From NCBI GenBank assembly GCA_003990765.1, contig RBNJ01000206.1:1-36681 (forward strand): a stretch of DNA of 36,681 bases, written 5' to 3'. Below, piece by piece: positions 1-11,334 of this stretch. Position 1 is the first letter of the stretch, and the number at the start of each line of letters is the position of its first letter. Under the pieces are notes generated by a model. It was given only the letters and a program-made list of their open reading frames with translations. It ran no database searches and was not told the DNA's origin. The translations under genes were made by a program, and so were the position numbers. Source of the DNA: Jimgerdemannia flammicorona (lineage: Eukaryota).

Positions 1-122
1 AAAAAAGAGATTTTATTATATGAAAGAGTGAGATTGATCTCAGATCACAAACAGTTAGAGCCACAGATATTAAAATCATAATTAGATGCCACAAAGAGTC
101 AAATTATACCTAATTACATATC

Positions 123-1960
123 TGTAAGAGAATTGCTTTTTAGAGTAACTGTTATGTAATTCTAGAAGGGTTTTCTGGAAGTTCTGGATATTCTGAAAGA
201 CTGTTTTCTTATAGTCAAGATCAATTTCATATGGAGTATATCCTCTATGCTTATTGATTTCAAGATCAGGTTAATGTCTCAACCAAAGTCCCTTTTTCAG
301 ACTAGTTCTGGATGTTTAGGATTTTCCATATTTCAGGAAGTTCAAGAAACTAAGACCAGCTTAGTTGAATTGACATATCGCTGCAGATAATACCTAATTA
401 GGAAATTTCATGATAGGGTTAGGAGTGGGACCTAACAGGGAGCAGATTTACTTAAGAGTAGTTTGTGGGTTATTAAATAGGTTTATTCACTATTCATGAT
501 ATTGCTATACTAGGAGTAGTTGTATAAAGGGATATTATAGGAAAGTGCTCAGGAGTTGTATTCAGATTGTTCAGATCTGAGATTCTGAGATCTGAGAGAG
601 GAGGTATTTATACTAGTGAGGGGCTATCTGGACTATACTCAATATGGATATAGTACTTAGTACCTTGTTGAGTCAGAATGCAGTCATATAGTACAAGTGT
701 GATCTGATATGTCAAGAGATCATCTGACTGCTGAGTCAGTTCACAGTCACATCATACAAGGCTAATCTAACTATACTATGACTGTTAGGCTATTTATAGG
801 TTTAGGTTTAGATGCTGTCTGGATAGTCTTCAATGACATTACCATCGATGACATCATTTCTGATAAAGTAGTCATCCAGAAAGAGTGGTTTGCAGATTAC
901 TTCTTCTTATTTGCTAAGATAGTAATATATTGGGACTTTGTCACCATTCCACAGGATAGTATCATCTATCTTATGCTGGATAAGGTGTTGGTGGGTGAAA
1001 GAGTGGTGTATCATCTTCACTTTCATCAGATTTGCTATCTGCATATCTTATATAGGTTACAGTACTATGAGTCACAGAGTTGTAGTAAGTTAGTAGCTAT
1101 AATTCATATCACTCATACTCAGGTAGTGGAGTTGTTGGTTCAATCTCAAGGGTTGTCTGAAGATACAGGTTGTGTTCTCTGGTCTCTTCATTATAGTTGA
1201 AGTAATTGGGAGTAAATGTGGGTTAGTATTCATACCAGTGGTCATTGTCTCAGTAGGTCTTGTAGGTGGTTATGAACTGTTGTAAGTTCATTGGCAAGGT
1301 CAGCAGTGTGATCAGAGTTGGTAAGGATTCTTGGCTTGAGATCATGTCAGTGTCAGAGGGATTATTGTCTTCTGCTTTATCTTTATCGAATCGAATTATA
1401 TCATAGATGTCCTTTATGGTGTATCCAACTTGAGGCATTTGTAGAATATGGTCATTGGGGTGTGAGAAGGTTCTGTCTGTGGTCTCAACATACTTGAGGT
1501 ACTTGTGGTTGAGTTCTTGTATCATGTCATTGATTTGGCCATAGGATAGGGTAGCAATCATTTCAGTGATAGTAACTCGGAGGCAGAGAATAACAGTGCT
1601 ATACTTGTAGAAGAGTTCTCAATGTTTGCAGGCAATGAGTTTCTGGTGTTAGGACATCTGGGTAATATCTGTTTCATAGTGGTGTTTGACCATATCTTCC
1701 AGGAGGTGGCCAATCTGGTAGTAGCTTGAGATTTGTCTGATTCAGTGAGCCTTGCTAAGTATGTTCAGGGCATTCCATCAGGCTTCTATGAAGTAGAGGG
1801 GTGCTAGGCTATGGATATTTATGAGGGGTAGAGGGAGTGTAGCTCAGTTGACAATGGCATTCCAAATGTCAGTGTAGATGCAGTTATAGATCTTGGTGGT
1901 CATGTTTGTGTGTATTCAGAAGTTGTAATTATTGTTTGTTTTGGTTCTCTGTTTCGATAC
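123..1960 (-). repeat. 3' LTR, lacking its inner ~230 bp
   Basis: Colinear with 7932-~9760, with many transitions. Similarity stops at ~1960, where integrase chromodomain sequence begins directly. The counterpart of ~9762-9994 and a polypurine tract are missing. Confidence 0.9.
806..1904 (-). pseudogene. LTR-embedded ORF, 3' LTR copy
   Basis: Homologous to 8611-9704; includes ORF 1250-1561 (MIATLSYGQINDMIQELNHKYL...). Many of its disruptions differ from those in the other copy. Confidence 0.6.
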
Positions 1961-1961
1961 A

Positions 1962-4900
1962 TGGATTGGGTAATCTTTCTATTTGACAAGGTACTCAGGG
2001 TAGTTCTTGTTACCACATTTATTGAGGATTTGTTCAACTTCATATTCTTCTTGGTCATTAATAATGACAGGTGCAGGTGGTTCTGTGGTTCAGTTTGGGA
2101 ATAGCATGTTATCATTCTCATTGTATCGCTTGAGATGTTGAACATTGAAGACTGGGTGAATCTTAATAGTATCTGGTAGTACCAATTTGTAGGAGGTTAG
2201 AGAGACTTGTGTAATGACTTCAAATGGTCCGATAAACTTGCTGTTCAGCTTTGTAGATGGTCTGTGCTTGAGGTTGTCAACTCAGTATTCTCAGATGTCT
2301 AGTAGAACTTTTTCTCCAATATTAAAGGTTTCTTCTCAGTAGTGTTGGTTAACATACTGTAACTGTTGTTCTTGAGCTCATGATAAATTCTTAATGACAA
2401 TCTGGCTTAGATTGCACATTCGAAGTAGGAATTCTTCAATAGCTTCAACTGTGGAGGGTTCATCAGTAGTCTGGATAAATATCAGAGGAGTGTTTGGATT
2501 TTGTCCAGTGTTGGTGAAGAATGGGGTCATTTCAAGAGAGACTTGCTTGCTGTTGTTATAGGTAAACTTGACTGTGGTAAGGTGTTCATGCCAATTGTCT
2601 TGTCTATAGAAAACATAGTTTCTTAGCATTTGTTCTAGAGTTCAGTTCATTCTTTCAGTTTGGCCATTAGTTTCAGGATGAAAGGCTGTAGATAGTGCAA
2701 GTTTTGTTCCAAGGTGTGCATAGAGGGCTTTCCAAAAATGGCTGGTAAATTTCAGATCTTGATTGCTAATAATGATCTTAGGAAGACCATAATAGCAGAA
2801 GATGTTGTCAAACAAGAGTGTAGCTATATCTGGTGCTATTGCAGTAGTAGTAGTTGGCATGAAGTGGGCTTGTTTGCTGAGATAATCTACAAAGACAACA
2901 ATTGCATCTTTCCCATTCTTGGTTCAGAGTAGTTGTACAATGAAGTCTATAGAGATTTGTTCCCAATTTGCAAATAGTACTGGGATGGGGTGAAGTAGAC
3001 CAGGTTTTGCTAGTGTTGAAGACTTGTTATATTGGCAGGCATCACAGGAAGTGATATAGGTCTTTAGTTGATCTACCATATGGGGCCAATAGAAGTTTCA
3101 GGTGATAACTTCATAGCATTTATCAAATTCTAAATATTCAGCAGTAGGTATATCATGATATTCGAATAGGATAGTCCTTCAGAGATCTCAGTTGTTTGGA
3201 ACATAAAATCTGTCCTTGTAGTAGATAACATTATCCTTGAGTTGATATTGATGGTACCAGGTATGCTTATCAGTATTATTACTGCTCAGGATTTCTTGGA
3301 GTGCTTGAGCTTCCTTATCATTAGCACATGCTGTAATAATTTGCTCTATGATAGTATTGATAACCAAGGTGAGAGTTTGGATAACTTCTTCAATAGGTGG
3401 TCTGGAGATTGCATTGGCAACAATGTTTTTCTTACCAGGGCGATACTGGATTTCATAGTCAAAGTTGATAAGAACTTTCATCTATCTGGCTTGCTTTTGA
3501 GAAAGGGTAGCCTATGTCTTGATGTTTACTAATGACTTGTGGTCAGTCAATATAGTGAAGTGTGCTCCTTCTAGATATGGTTACCATTTGATCAGAGTGT
3601 CTACAATGGCTAACATTTCCTTCTCATGAGTTGCATAGTTGATTTCAGCATTATTGAACTTGTGGGAGTGATAGGCCACAGGGTGTCCTTCTTGCATAAG
3701 CACTGCTCTAAGAGCTAGGTCAGAGGTATCAGTAGTAACTTTGTATAGTAGGGCAGGGTTTGCTGCTTGAAGTACTGGAGTAGTTATCAAGGCATCCTTC
3801 AGTACTTAGAAGGCAGTATCTTGTTCAGGTCCCCAATTTGCAAGATTGTTGAAGTCTTTTTCTTGTTTTGTAGTCTAGGGCTGTTCTTCTTTCTTGCTGT
3901 GCTTGATTATTTGGGTAAGGGCAGTGGCAATTTTAGCAAAGTTAGCAATAAATCACCTGTAATAGTTTGCTAATCCCAGAAATAACTGGAGGTCTTTCAG
4001 CTTCTTGGGTCTGGGCCAGTCCTTGATTGTGGAGATTTTGTGGAGTCTACTTTGATTCCATTCAGTATGACAATGTGTCCAAGAAATTGAATTTCTTTTA
4101 GAAGAAATTCATACTTGCTGAGTTTTGCAAAGAGTCAGTTTTCTTGGAGTTTCAGTAGTACTAGTTCAAGGTATTCAAGATGCTCCTCCAGGGTTTTGCT
4201 GAAAACTAGGATGTCATCAATATAGACAATAACAAATTTGTCCAGGTATGGGTGCAGAATAGTATTCATCAGTGTCTGGAAGGTTGCAGGAGCATTAGTT
4301 AAGCCAAAGGGCATAATCAGGAACTCAAAGTATCTATAGCAGGTTTGGAAGGCTGTCTTGTAGATGTCTTCTTCTCTCATAGCAATTTGCCAGTAACCAT
4401 TTCACAGGTCAAAAGAGCTCATGAATTGTGGGTTGGTAAGTCTATCAAATATTTCATTGATTCAGGATAGTGGGCAACAGTTCTTGATGGTCTGTTCATT
4501 GAGGTCATGGTAATCAATGCACATTTGCAAGTCTTCTCCTTTCTTGACAACAAAGAGAACTGGTACACCATAGGGTGATACACTGGGTCTGATGAATTCT
4601 TGTTCTAGGAGTTCATCAATTTCTTTCTTGAGTATATTGATTTCTCTTGGCAACATATGGTAGATTGACTTGAAGGCTGGCTTAGCATCTGGAATAGTCT
4701 TGATGGCATGGTCTACTACTTGTTTAGGAGATAGGCCTTTCAGGAACTTCTTTGGAAATATATCTCGGAATTTCTGAAGTAGTGGTCTGACATGGCTGTC
4801 AACTTTGGAAAAGTCTTCTTCAGAGTTCTTGGGTTCTTCTTTGGATGGATGGATAGAGATAACAAAGAGAGGGCATTTCTTGGCCAATTTCTTGAGTTGT

Positions 4901-7520
4901 AGCTTATTGATGTGAGTGATCTTTAGTCCAGAGTCACTAGAGTTAAGTGGGTCTTTTTCACCTTACAGTTTGAAGTTGTGGCATCCTTTCTTGATGGTCA
5001 GAGAATAATTTATCCAATCAATCATGGGGTTCTCTTATTTCAACCATGGAGTTCCAAGAATGATCTCATTGTTAGGAAGTGGTACAATTTGGAGAGTAAT
5101 ATGTACTCAGTAGTCACCAATTTGAAAGGGTAGATTGCAGACTTCCTTGCTGATAATATGAGAGGTTTCATCAGCTGTAGCAACTGCTTGAGTTTATTGT
5201 ACTAGAGAGGTGAAGACCTTGAGTCTATTAGCTGTTTCTTCATTAATGAAGTTGTCTGAGGCACCACTATCTATCATAATCTTGACAGATGGTCAGTTGA
5301 CAAAAGCTTGAAGTATAAGCAGCTTGTCTGATCCAATAGTGGTGATTTCAGTTATAGGAGTTTTCCTTCTGTTAGTTCTTCTTTGAGCCAGTTCATTGAT
5401 ACAAGAGAAGTAATCATCAATCATTCAAGAAGAGTACATTCCAATACTATCCACTTGGTATATATCTGTCTTCAATTTTTTTGTAGAATTGTTCTTCTTT
5501 ATTCATGGTAGATTGGACTAGTGTCCTATTTGATAAATTGAATCCTTTAGATCCTCAGATAGTACGTAGTAGTTTAGGAACTTCCTTGACTATCAGAGTT
5601 GACTTGATTTTCTTGAATAGGATCTGGGTAATACAGAAACCAATGAGAATCTTGAAGGGTATCCAATTATGGTTTTGGATAAGAACAATAATTTTGCCTA
5701 TATACTCCTCCTTCTACTGAGAGTCCTTTCAATGCTAGGCTGCTGCAACAGCATATTCTTCCAATATGTCCTTTAGGGATTTGGATGCTGATTCCTGTAT
5801 AGACTTGCTTGACTTCTCAGTTGGAAACTGTAGCTTCTTTGGCTGTATACAGGTCATATCCAGCTACTTTTTGACTTTCTTTGATTGGGGCCTTGGCTGT
5901 TTGTCTTAACTTGACAAAGTCTAGTATTTTGGTGGTCAGGTTATTGAGGTAGTGCAGGGTAGTAACAGTTGCTCATATTGCTGTTTGGGGTTTTCAGTTG
6001 GGGCAGGCACTGGTCATGTGTCCTGTCTTTCAGCAGTAGAAGCATACTCCACTTCTTTGAAGTTCATTTCTTTCTCCTTTAGTGAGTTTCTTAAAAGTAC
6101 TTAGCTGGGTGGGTTTGTGATTTCTGGGTATTCATGAGGTGGATGTGGAGGGAGCTCGGGATACTTCATGCTTGAGTTCTTCTTTCTTGGTCCAAGTCTT
6201 TTCCTTATTGTTGAATTGTCTTCGAGGCAGAATTGGTCCAGCTGTTAGGATTTACTTGACCATAGTCTTGATTCTTGCCAGGCACCATTATTGGTAATTA
6301 CAACCAACTGGACAATCTTGTTCTCGGATTTTTCTAGTAAGCTATTCAGGCAGAGCATCAAATAAATGGTCTGCTCTTATACCATTTCATGCTTCATCAT
6401 TGGTAATGTATCCTAGGCCAATAGTGTTCAGGAGTGACTTGAGTTTTGTACAGAAGGTTTCAAATTCTTCTTTACCATATATATTGAATTTGAGGTTGTG
6501 GAGTTTTACTCAGGATTCAGCAATCATGATTTCACTGTAGTATTGAGCAATCATGAGTTGTTTGAGTTTAGGGACTGTATTGTTTGCTGCATTCTAGGCA
6601 ACTACTGCAGATCAAGTATCCCATGTGAGGGGTTTTTCAGGAAGGGTTTGCCACCATTCTTCAGCAGGTCCTCGGAAGAATGTAATAACTCAGCGGACAT
6701 AGGCTATAGTGATAGCAAAGAGTTATTCTAGAGTGTGGTCTTGATTGTTTATTAGAAGGTGGTCAATAACTCACTCATTGGTCCATTGATTGGCTTCAAA
6801 GTTGGTATCAACTACACTTATAAAGGTTTGGACTTCTTGTGTAGTACCATTGAAGGTAGGTAGGCTCAGATTTTTCATGAGTCTGGTCTGTTCAGCTAAG
6901 GTAGTGATGGTTGCTGCCATTATTGCTACCTGGGCTGTAAGGTCTAGAATCTGTTGGTTCACCATATTGTTTATTAGAGGCAGTTGGACTGCTGGTAGTA
7001 GTGTTACTGATACTACTTGAGGTACTGGTACAGTATGTGAGGGTGTTCTTTAAGTCTGTATAAGTTGCTGGAGTAATAGTTGTGGGTCTGGAGTGAGGGC
7101 TTGATAGGTAGCTGTCTGTTGCTGTATAGGTGTATTCTGGCCTGATGGAGGTATATCTCCTTTGGTGATGTATCCAGGATCGAATTTACTGAGATACTCC
7201 TCCTCTTCTTCAGTTTGGTCTCCATGTAATTGGGTTTGCTCAGCATCAAAGTAGACAGAATCAGTTGTATATTTGATTTCAGATAGACTTAGTTCAAAGT
7301 CAAGTTCTGGTTCAGTATTGGTTTCAGATTCAGATAGAGCAGTAGTAGGGCCTACTTCAGGTTTGGGATCAGATTGTTGATAAAGAGTTTCTCTTGTCTC
7401 TTCCTTAAGAATATGGCAGGTCTTACTGTTCTGAAATCAGTAGTATAATGCAGTCTTGGTTCTGGTATGGTGAAAGTCAGTAGAGTTGAGCCACTTGGCT
7501 ATAGAGGCTTGGGCTTCATG
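1962..7520 (-). pseudogene. gag-pol polyprotein remnants (many stops and frameshifts; start approximate)
   Basis: Zinc knuckle CFYC*KTGHMTSAC (~6001-6051). Aspartic protease IMIDSGASDNF (~5245-5280). RT motifs [13 protein letters not shown] and VYIDDIL (~4205-4320). RNase H TTDTSD...NYATHEKEMLAIV (~3600-3740). Integrase SIDFIVQL, FHPETNGQTERMN and GPF (~2220-2960). Chromodomain EYEVEQILNK...YLVK*KDY (~1965-2050). Confidence 0.95.
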
Positions 7521-7914
7521 AGGAACTAAGGCTAGAAAGACTGCTGCTAGTTATCTTAGGTCACTCAGATTTGTAGAGCTGACAAAACTCTTATATATTG
7601 AGAAGAGTAAAGAAGGCTTCAATAAGACCTTCTTCATCTTGACTTGCTGGGTGTAGGGCAAGGAGTTTGGTGAATAGAGTTTCACCTATTTGCTAATTTA
7701 ACTAGAATATTTCTTTCTTTGAATGAAGTTTGTCCCACTTGTTGCAGGTGTAGAGGTCAAATTGTCCTTATACATCAGGTTCAATTCTCTCCAAATTATC
7801 AGATGGTTCAGGATAAATTCCAGTTCAGAGGTTGAGCTTTATACCAACTTGTAGGAATTCACAGAGGGGTTTATAGTGGGGTGGGGAAGTATCTTAAAGC
7901 AGAATTGGATTGTA

Positions 7915-7928
7915 AACTGCTGCTACTA
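7915..7928 (-). other. Probable decayed primer-binding site
   Basis: Three bases inside the 5' LTR end the minus strand reads TAGTAGCAGCAG, one transition from TGGTAGC..., the start typical of initiator tRNA-Met PBSs. Confidence 0.45.
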
Positions 7929-7931
7929 AAT

Positions 7932-9994
7932 TGTAAGAGAGTTGCTTTTTAGAGTAACCATTATATAGTTCTGGAAGGGTTTTCTGAAAGTTCTAGATAT
8001 TCTGGAAGACTATTTTCTTATGGTCAAGATCAATTTCATATGGAGTGCATCCTCTATGCTTATTGATTTCAAGATCAGGTTGATGTCTCAACCAAAGTCT
8101 CTTTTTCAAACTAGTTCTGGATGTTTAGGATTTTCTATATTTCAGAAAGTTCAAGAAACTAAGACCAGCTTAGTTGAATTAGCATATTGCTGCAGACAAT
8201 ACCCAACTAGGAAATTTTGTGATGGGGTTAGGAGTGGGACCTAATGGGGAGTAGATTTACTTAAGAGTGATTTGTAGATTATTAAATAGGTTTATTCACT
8301 ATTCATGATATTGCTATACTAGGAATAGCTATATAAAGGAATATTGTGGGAAAGTGCTCAGAAGTTGTGTTTGGATTGTTCAGGTCTGAGATTCTGAGAT
8401 CTGGGAGAGGGGGTATTTATACTAGTGAGAGACTATCTGGACTATGCTTGATATGGATATAGTACTTAGTACCTTGCTGAGTCAGAATGCAGTCACATAG
8501 TACAAGTGTGATCTGACATATTAAGAGATTGTCTAACTACTGAGTCAGTTCACAGTTACATTATACAAAACTAATCTAACTATATTATGACTGTTAGGCT
8601 ATTTATAGATTTAGATACTATTTGGGTAGTCTTCAATAACATTACTATTGATAACATTATCTCTGATGAAGTAGTTGTCGAGGAAGAGTGGTTTGCAGAT
8701 TACTTCTCCTTATTCACTGAGGTAGTAATACATTGAGACTTTGTCATCATCCCACAGGATAGCATCATCTGTCTTATATGCTGGATAAGATGTTGGTGGG
8801 TGAAGGAGTGGTATATAATCTTTGCTTTTATTGAATTTGCTGTCTGCATATCTTCTATAGGTTATAGCACTATGAGTTGCAGGGTTATAGTAAGCTGGCA
8901 GCTGTAGTTCATGTCACTTATACTCAGGTGGTAGAGTTGTTGGTTTGATCTCGAGAGTTGTCTGAAGGTACAGGTTGTGTTCTCCAGTCTCTTCATTGTA
9001 GTTGAAGTAATCGGGAGTGAATGTTAGTATTCATACCAGTGGTCATTATCCCAGTAGGTCTCATAGGTAGTTATAAACTGTTGTAAGTTCATTGGCAAGG
9101 TTGGCAGTGTGATCAGGGTTGGCAGGGATCCTTGACTTGAGGTCATGTTAGTGTCAGAGAGATCATTATCTTCTGCTTTATCTTTATCGAACTGAATTAT
9201 ATTATAGATATCCTTCATGGCATATCTAACTTGAGACATTTGTAGGATATGGTTGTTGGGGTGTGAGAAGGTTTTGTCTGTAGTCTCAATGTACTCAAGG
9301 TACTTATGGTTGAGTTCTTGTATTATGTCATCAATTTGGCCATAGGCTAGAGTAGCAACCATTTTAGTGGTAGTAACTTAGAGATGGGGAATAACAGTGC
9401 TATACTCATAGAAGAGTTCTCAATGTTTGCGAGCAATGAGTTTCTGGTATTGGGACATCTGAGTAATATCTGTATTATGGTAGTATTCAATTATATCTTC
9501 CAGGAGGCAGCCGATCTGGTAGTAGCTTGAGATTTGTCTGATTTGGTGGATCTTGCTAAGCATGTTCAGGGTATTCCATTGAGATTCTATATAGTAGAGA
9601 AGTGCTAGGCTATGGATATTCATGAGGGGCAGAGGAGGTGTAGCTTGGTTGACAATGATATTCCAAATGTTAGCACAGATGTGGTTATAGATCTCGGTGA
9701 TCATGTTTGTATGTGTTCAGAAGTTGTGGTTGTTGTTTGTTTTGGTTCTCTGTTTCAACACATCTTGGTGCTTAGTATATATGCATTTGGTCCTGATTAG
9801 TAATATTCCATTTGTATGAATCTTGTGTTCTGTAACTTTGTGTTGACTCAGCTTTGTGTGCTGTGACTTTGGTTTAACTCAGCTTTGTAATCATACAGGT
9901 GATTTTCAGATTTGTTTAGAGATTGTATGTAATTTTGGTGGCTTGTTCAGAGGGTGATATGTGATTTCTGTAGCTTAGAGGTTATGTGCTTACA
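7932..9994 (-). repeat. 5' LTR (2063 bp, complete, TG...CA)
   Basis: Starts TGTAAG at 7932 and ends CTTACA at 9994. Aligns by eye with 123-~1960. Minus-strand TATAAATA at 8414-8421 and AATAAA at 8291-8296. Confidence 0.93.
8611..9704 (-). pseudogene. LTR-embedded ORF of unknown function (~360 codons ancestrally), 5' LTR copy
   Basis: ORF fragments 9420-9704 and 9024-9362 are in the same frame. The TAA at 9378-9380 is CGA in the other LTR (1577-1579). Combining the two copies extends the reading to ...DNVINSNVIEDYPNSI*. Confidence 0.65.
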
Positions 9995-10031
9995 ATATCT
10001 CAGAATATATATAAATTATACTTCAGAGAGA

Positions 10032-10070
<39 letters not shown>

Positions 10071-10979
10071 GGACTCATAGTCCCACAGATTTTTATTGGA
10101 AGAGAACCTAGACTATATAGGCCAAAACCCTCCCCCACCACTCACTGAACAATATTCCCCCATTAACCTAGGCTACTAAAATGTCCAGTAGTCTCACTGC
10201 TCCAGCTATACCTGTCGAACACTGGCTATGTTGACCCCCATGATATAGACTAGACTTGTCTACTCACCAGGACTAGATCATCATTTACACACAAGAGCAC
10301 ACCTATACATCAGATCTAGCAGTGCTGAGACTGAATAAAGAATAGCCTCCTGAACCCCAAAAGAAAGCCTGAGGTAAAGAAAAAACCCCCCAACTAACCA
10401 ATAGAGAGCAAAGTAAATTCAAAGTGGGTAAGTAAAGGACTTATATACAGCACCTTCCTCAAAGGACTTATATATGGGCTAGGGTCAGAAAAGACCCCAC
10501 TCCCACTCTCTGAGCCTGTGGGCCTTGACCATGTTGCTATGTCAGCTCCCAGTTTCAATCAGGTATTGCCAAATGAGGAAGACTCCACTTCCCAAGCCTG
10601 TGGGCCTCAATTATATTGCTGTGTCAGCTCCCAGTTCTAGTTGAGTATAGCCAGGATACTGGCCCCTGCATCACCCCACCCCCTACTAGTCAATCAAAAG
10701 ACCCAATCGAAATATTGTCTGCCTCAGCCCCAATAACCGCCCTCAGCCTGGCACCCTACTGATTCACCATTATCACTCATCCTCCTATCTGTGATGGCCA
10801 TCTCCCCTCCCATCCCAACAACATCTGAAAAAACAATCACCTATACCAGAACTGTGCTCACTGGGAAGCTCACCAAAGCCAGAGAGCCCCACCACTAGTA
10901 CTCTGAACAAGTCAATTTGAATCAAATCTGGATTCGATTCATCACATGACAGTTTGATCTGAATCTCAAATCTGAAGCC

Positions 10980-11232
10980 ATCCAAATCAACTCGAATTAA
11001 TCCGAATTGCCCCATCCAAATCACCCCATCCAAATCACCCATCTGAACCACCTCAATCTGAATTACTCAATCCGAATCACTCAATCTGAATCACTCAATC
11101 TGAATCACTCAATCCAAATCACTCAATCTGAATCCTCCAATTCGAATCCTCCAATTTGAATCCTCCAATTTGAATCCTCTAATCTGAATCCTCATTTGAA
11201 TCCTTCAACTGAATCCTCCAATCCAAATCCTC
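10980..11232 (+). repeat. Left subterminal 14-bp tandem repeats of the hAT
   Basis: Units such as AATCTGAATCACTC and AATTTGAATCCTCC in tandem, followed by a (CA)-rich microsatellite at ~11270-11334. Confidence 0.85.
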
Positions 11233-11334
11233 CACATGACTCATATGCTGGACACGTCCACAATACATTATATATACACACATATACAACACACACATAC
11301 ACACACACATGCACATACAAACACACAAACACAC

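Larger units (their letters stand above)
123..9994 (-). mobile_element. Decayed Ty3/Gypsy LTR retrotransposon (chromovirus-like), near full length
   Basis: Ends are TGTAAG (123) and CTTACA (9994), flanked by a 5-bp target duplication ATATC (118-122 and 9995-9999). Two long direct repeats. Internal minus-strand domain order is gag-PR-RT-RNaseH-IN-chromodomain, the Ty3/Gypsy order. Confidence 0.96.

Noticed and set aside
778..1200. Hydrophobic plus-strand ORF in the LTR, possible env-like protein
   Set aside because: It is the antisense of the minus-strand LTR ORF and is not open in the other LTR copy.
5470..5483. Possible gag-pol slippery site (A7 followed by TTGA on the minus strand)
   Set aside because: The protease frame appears to read through this point, and decay prevents assigning a programmed frameshift.
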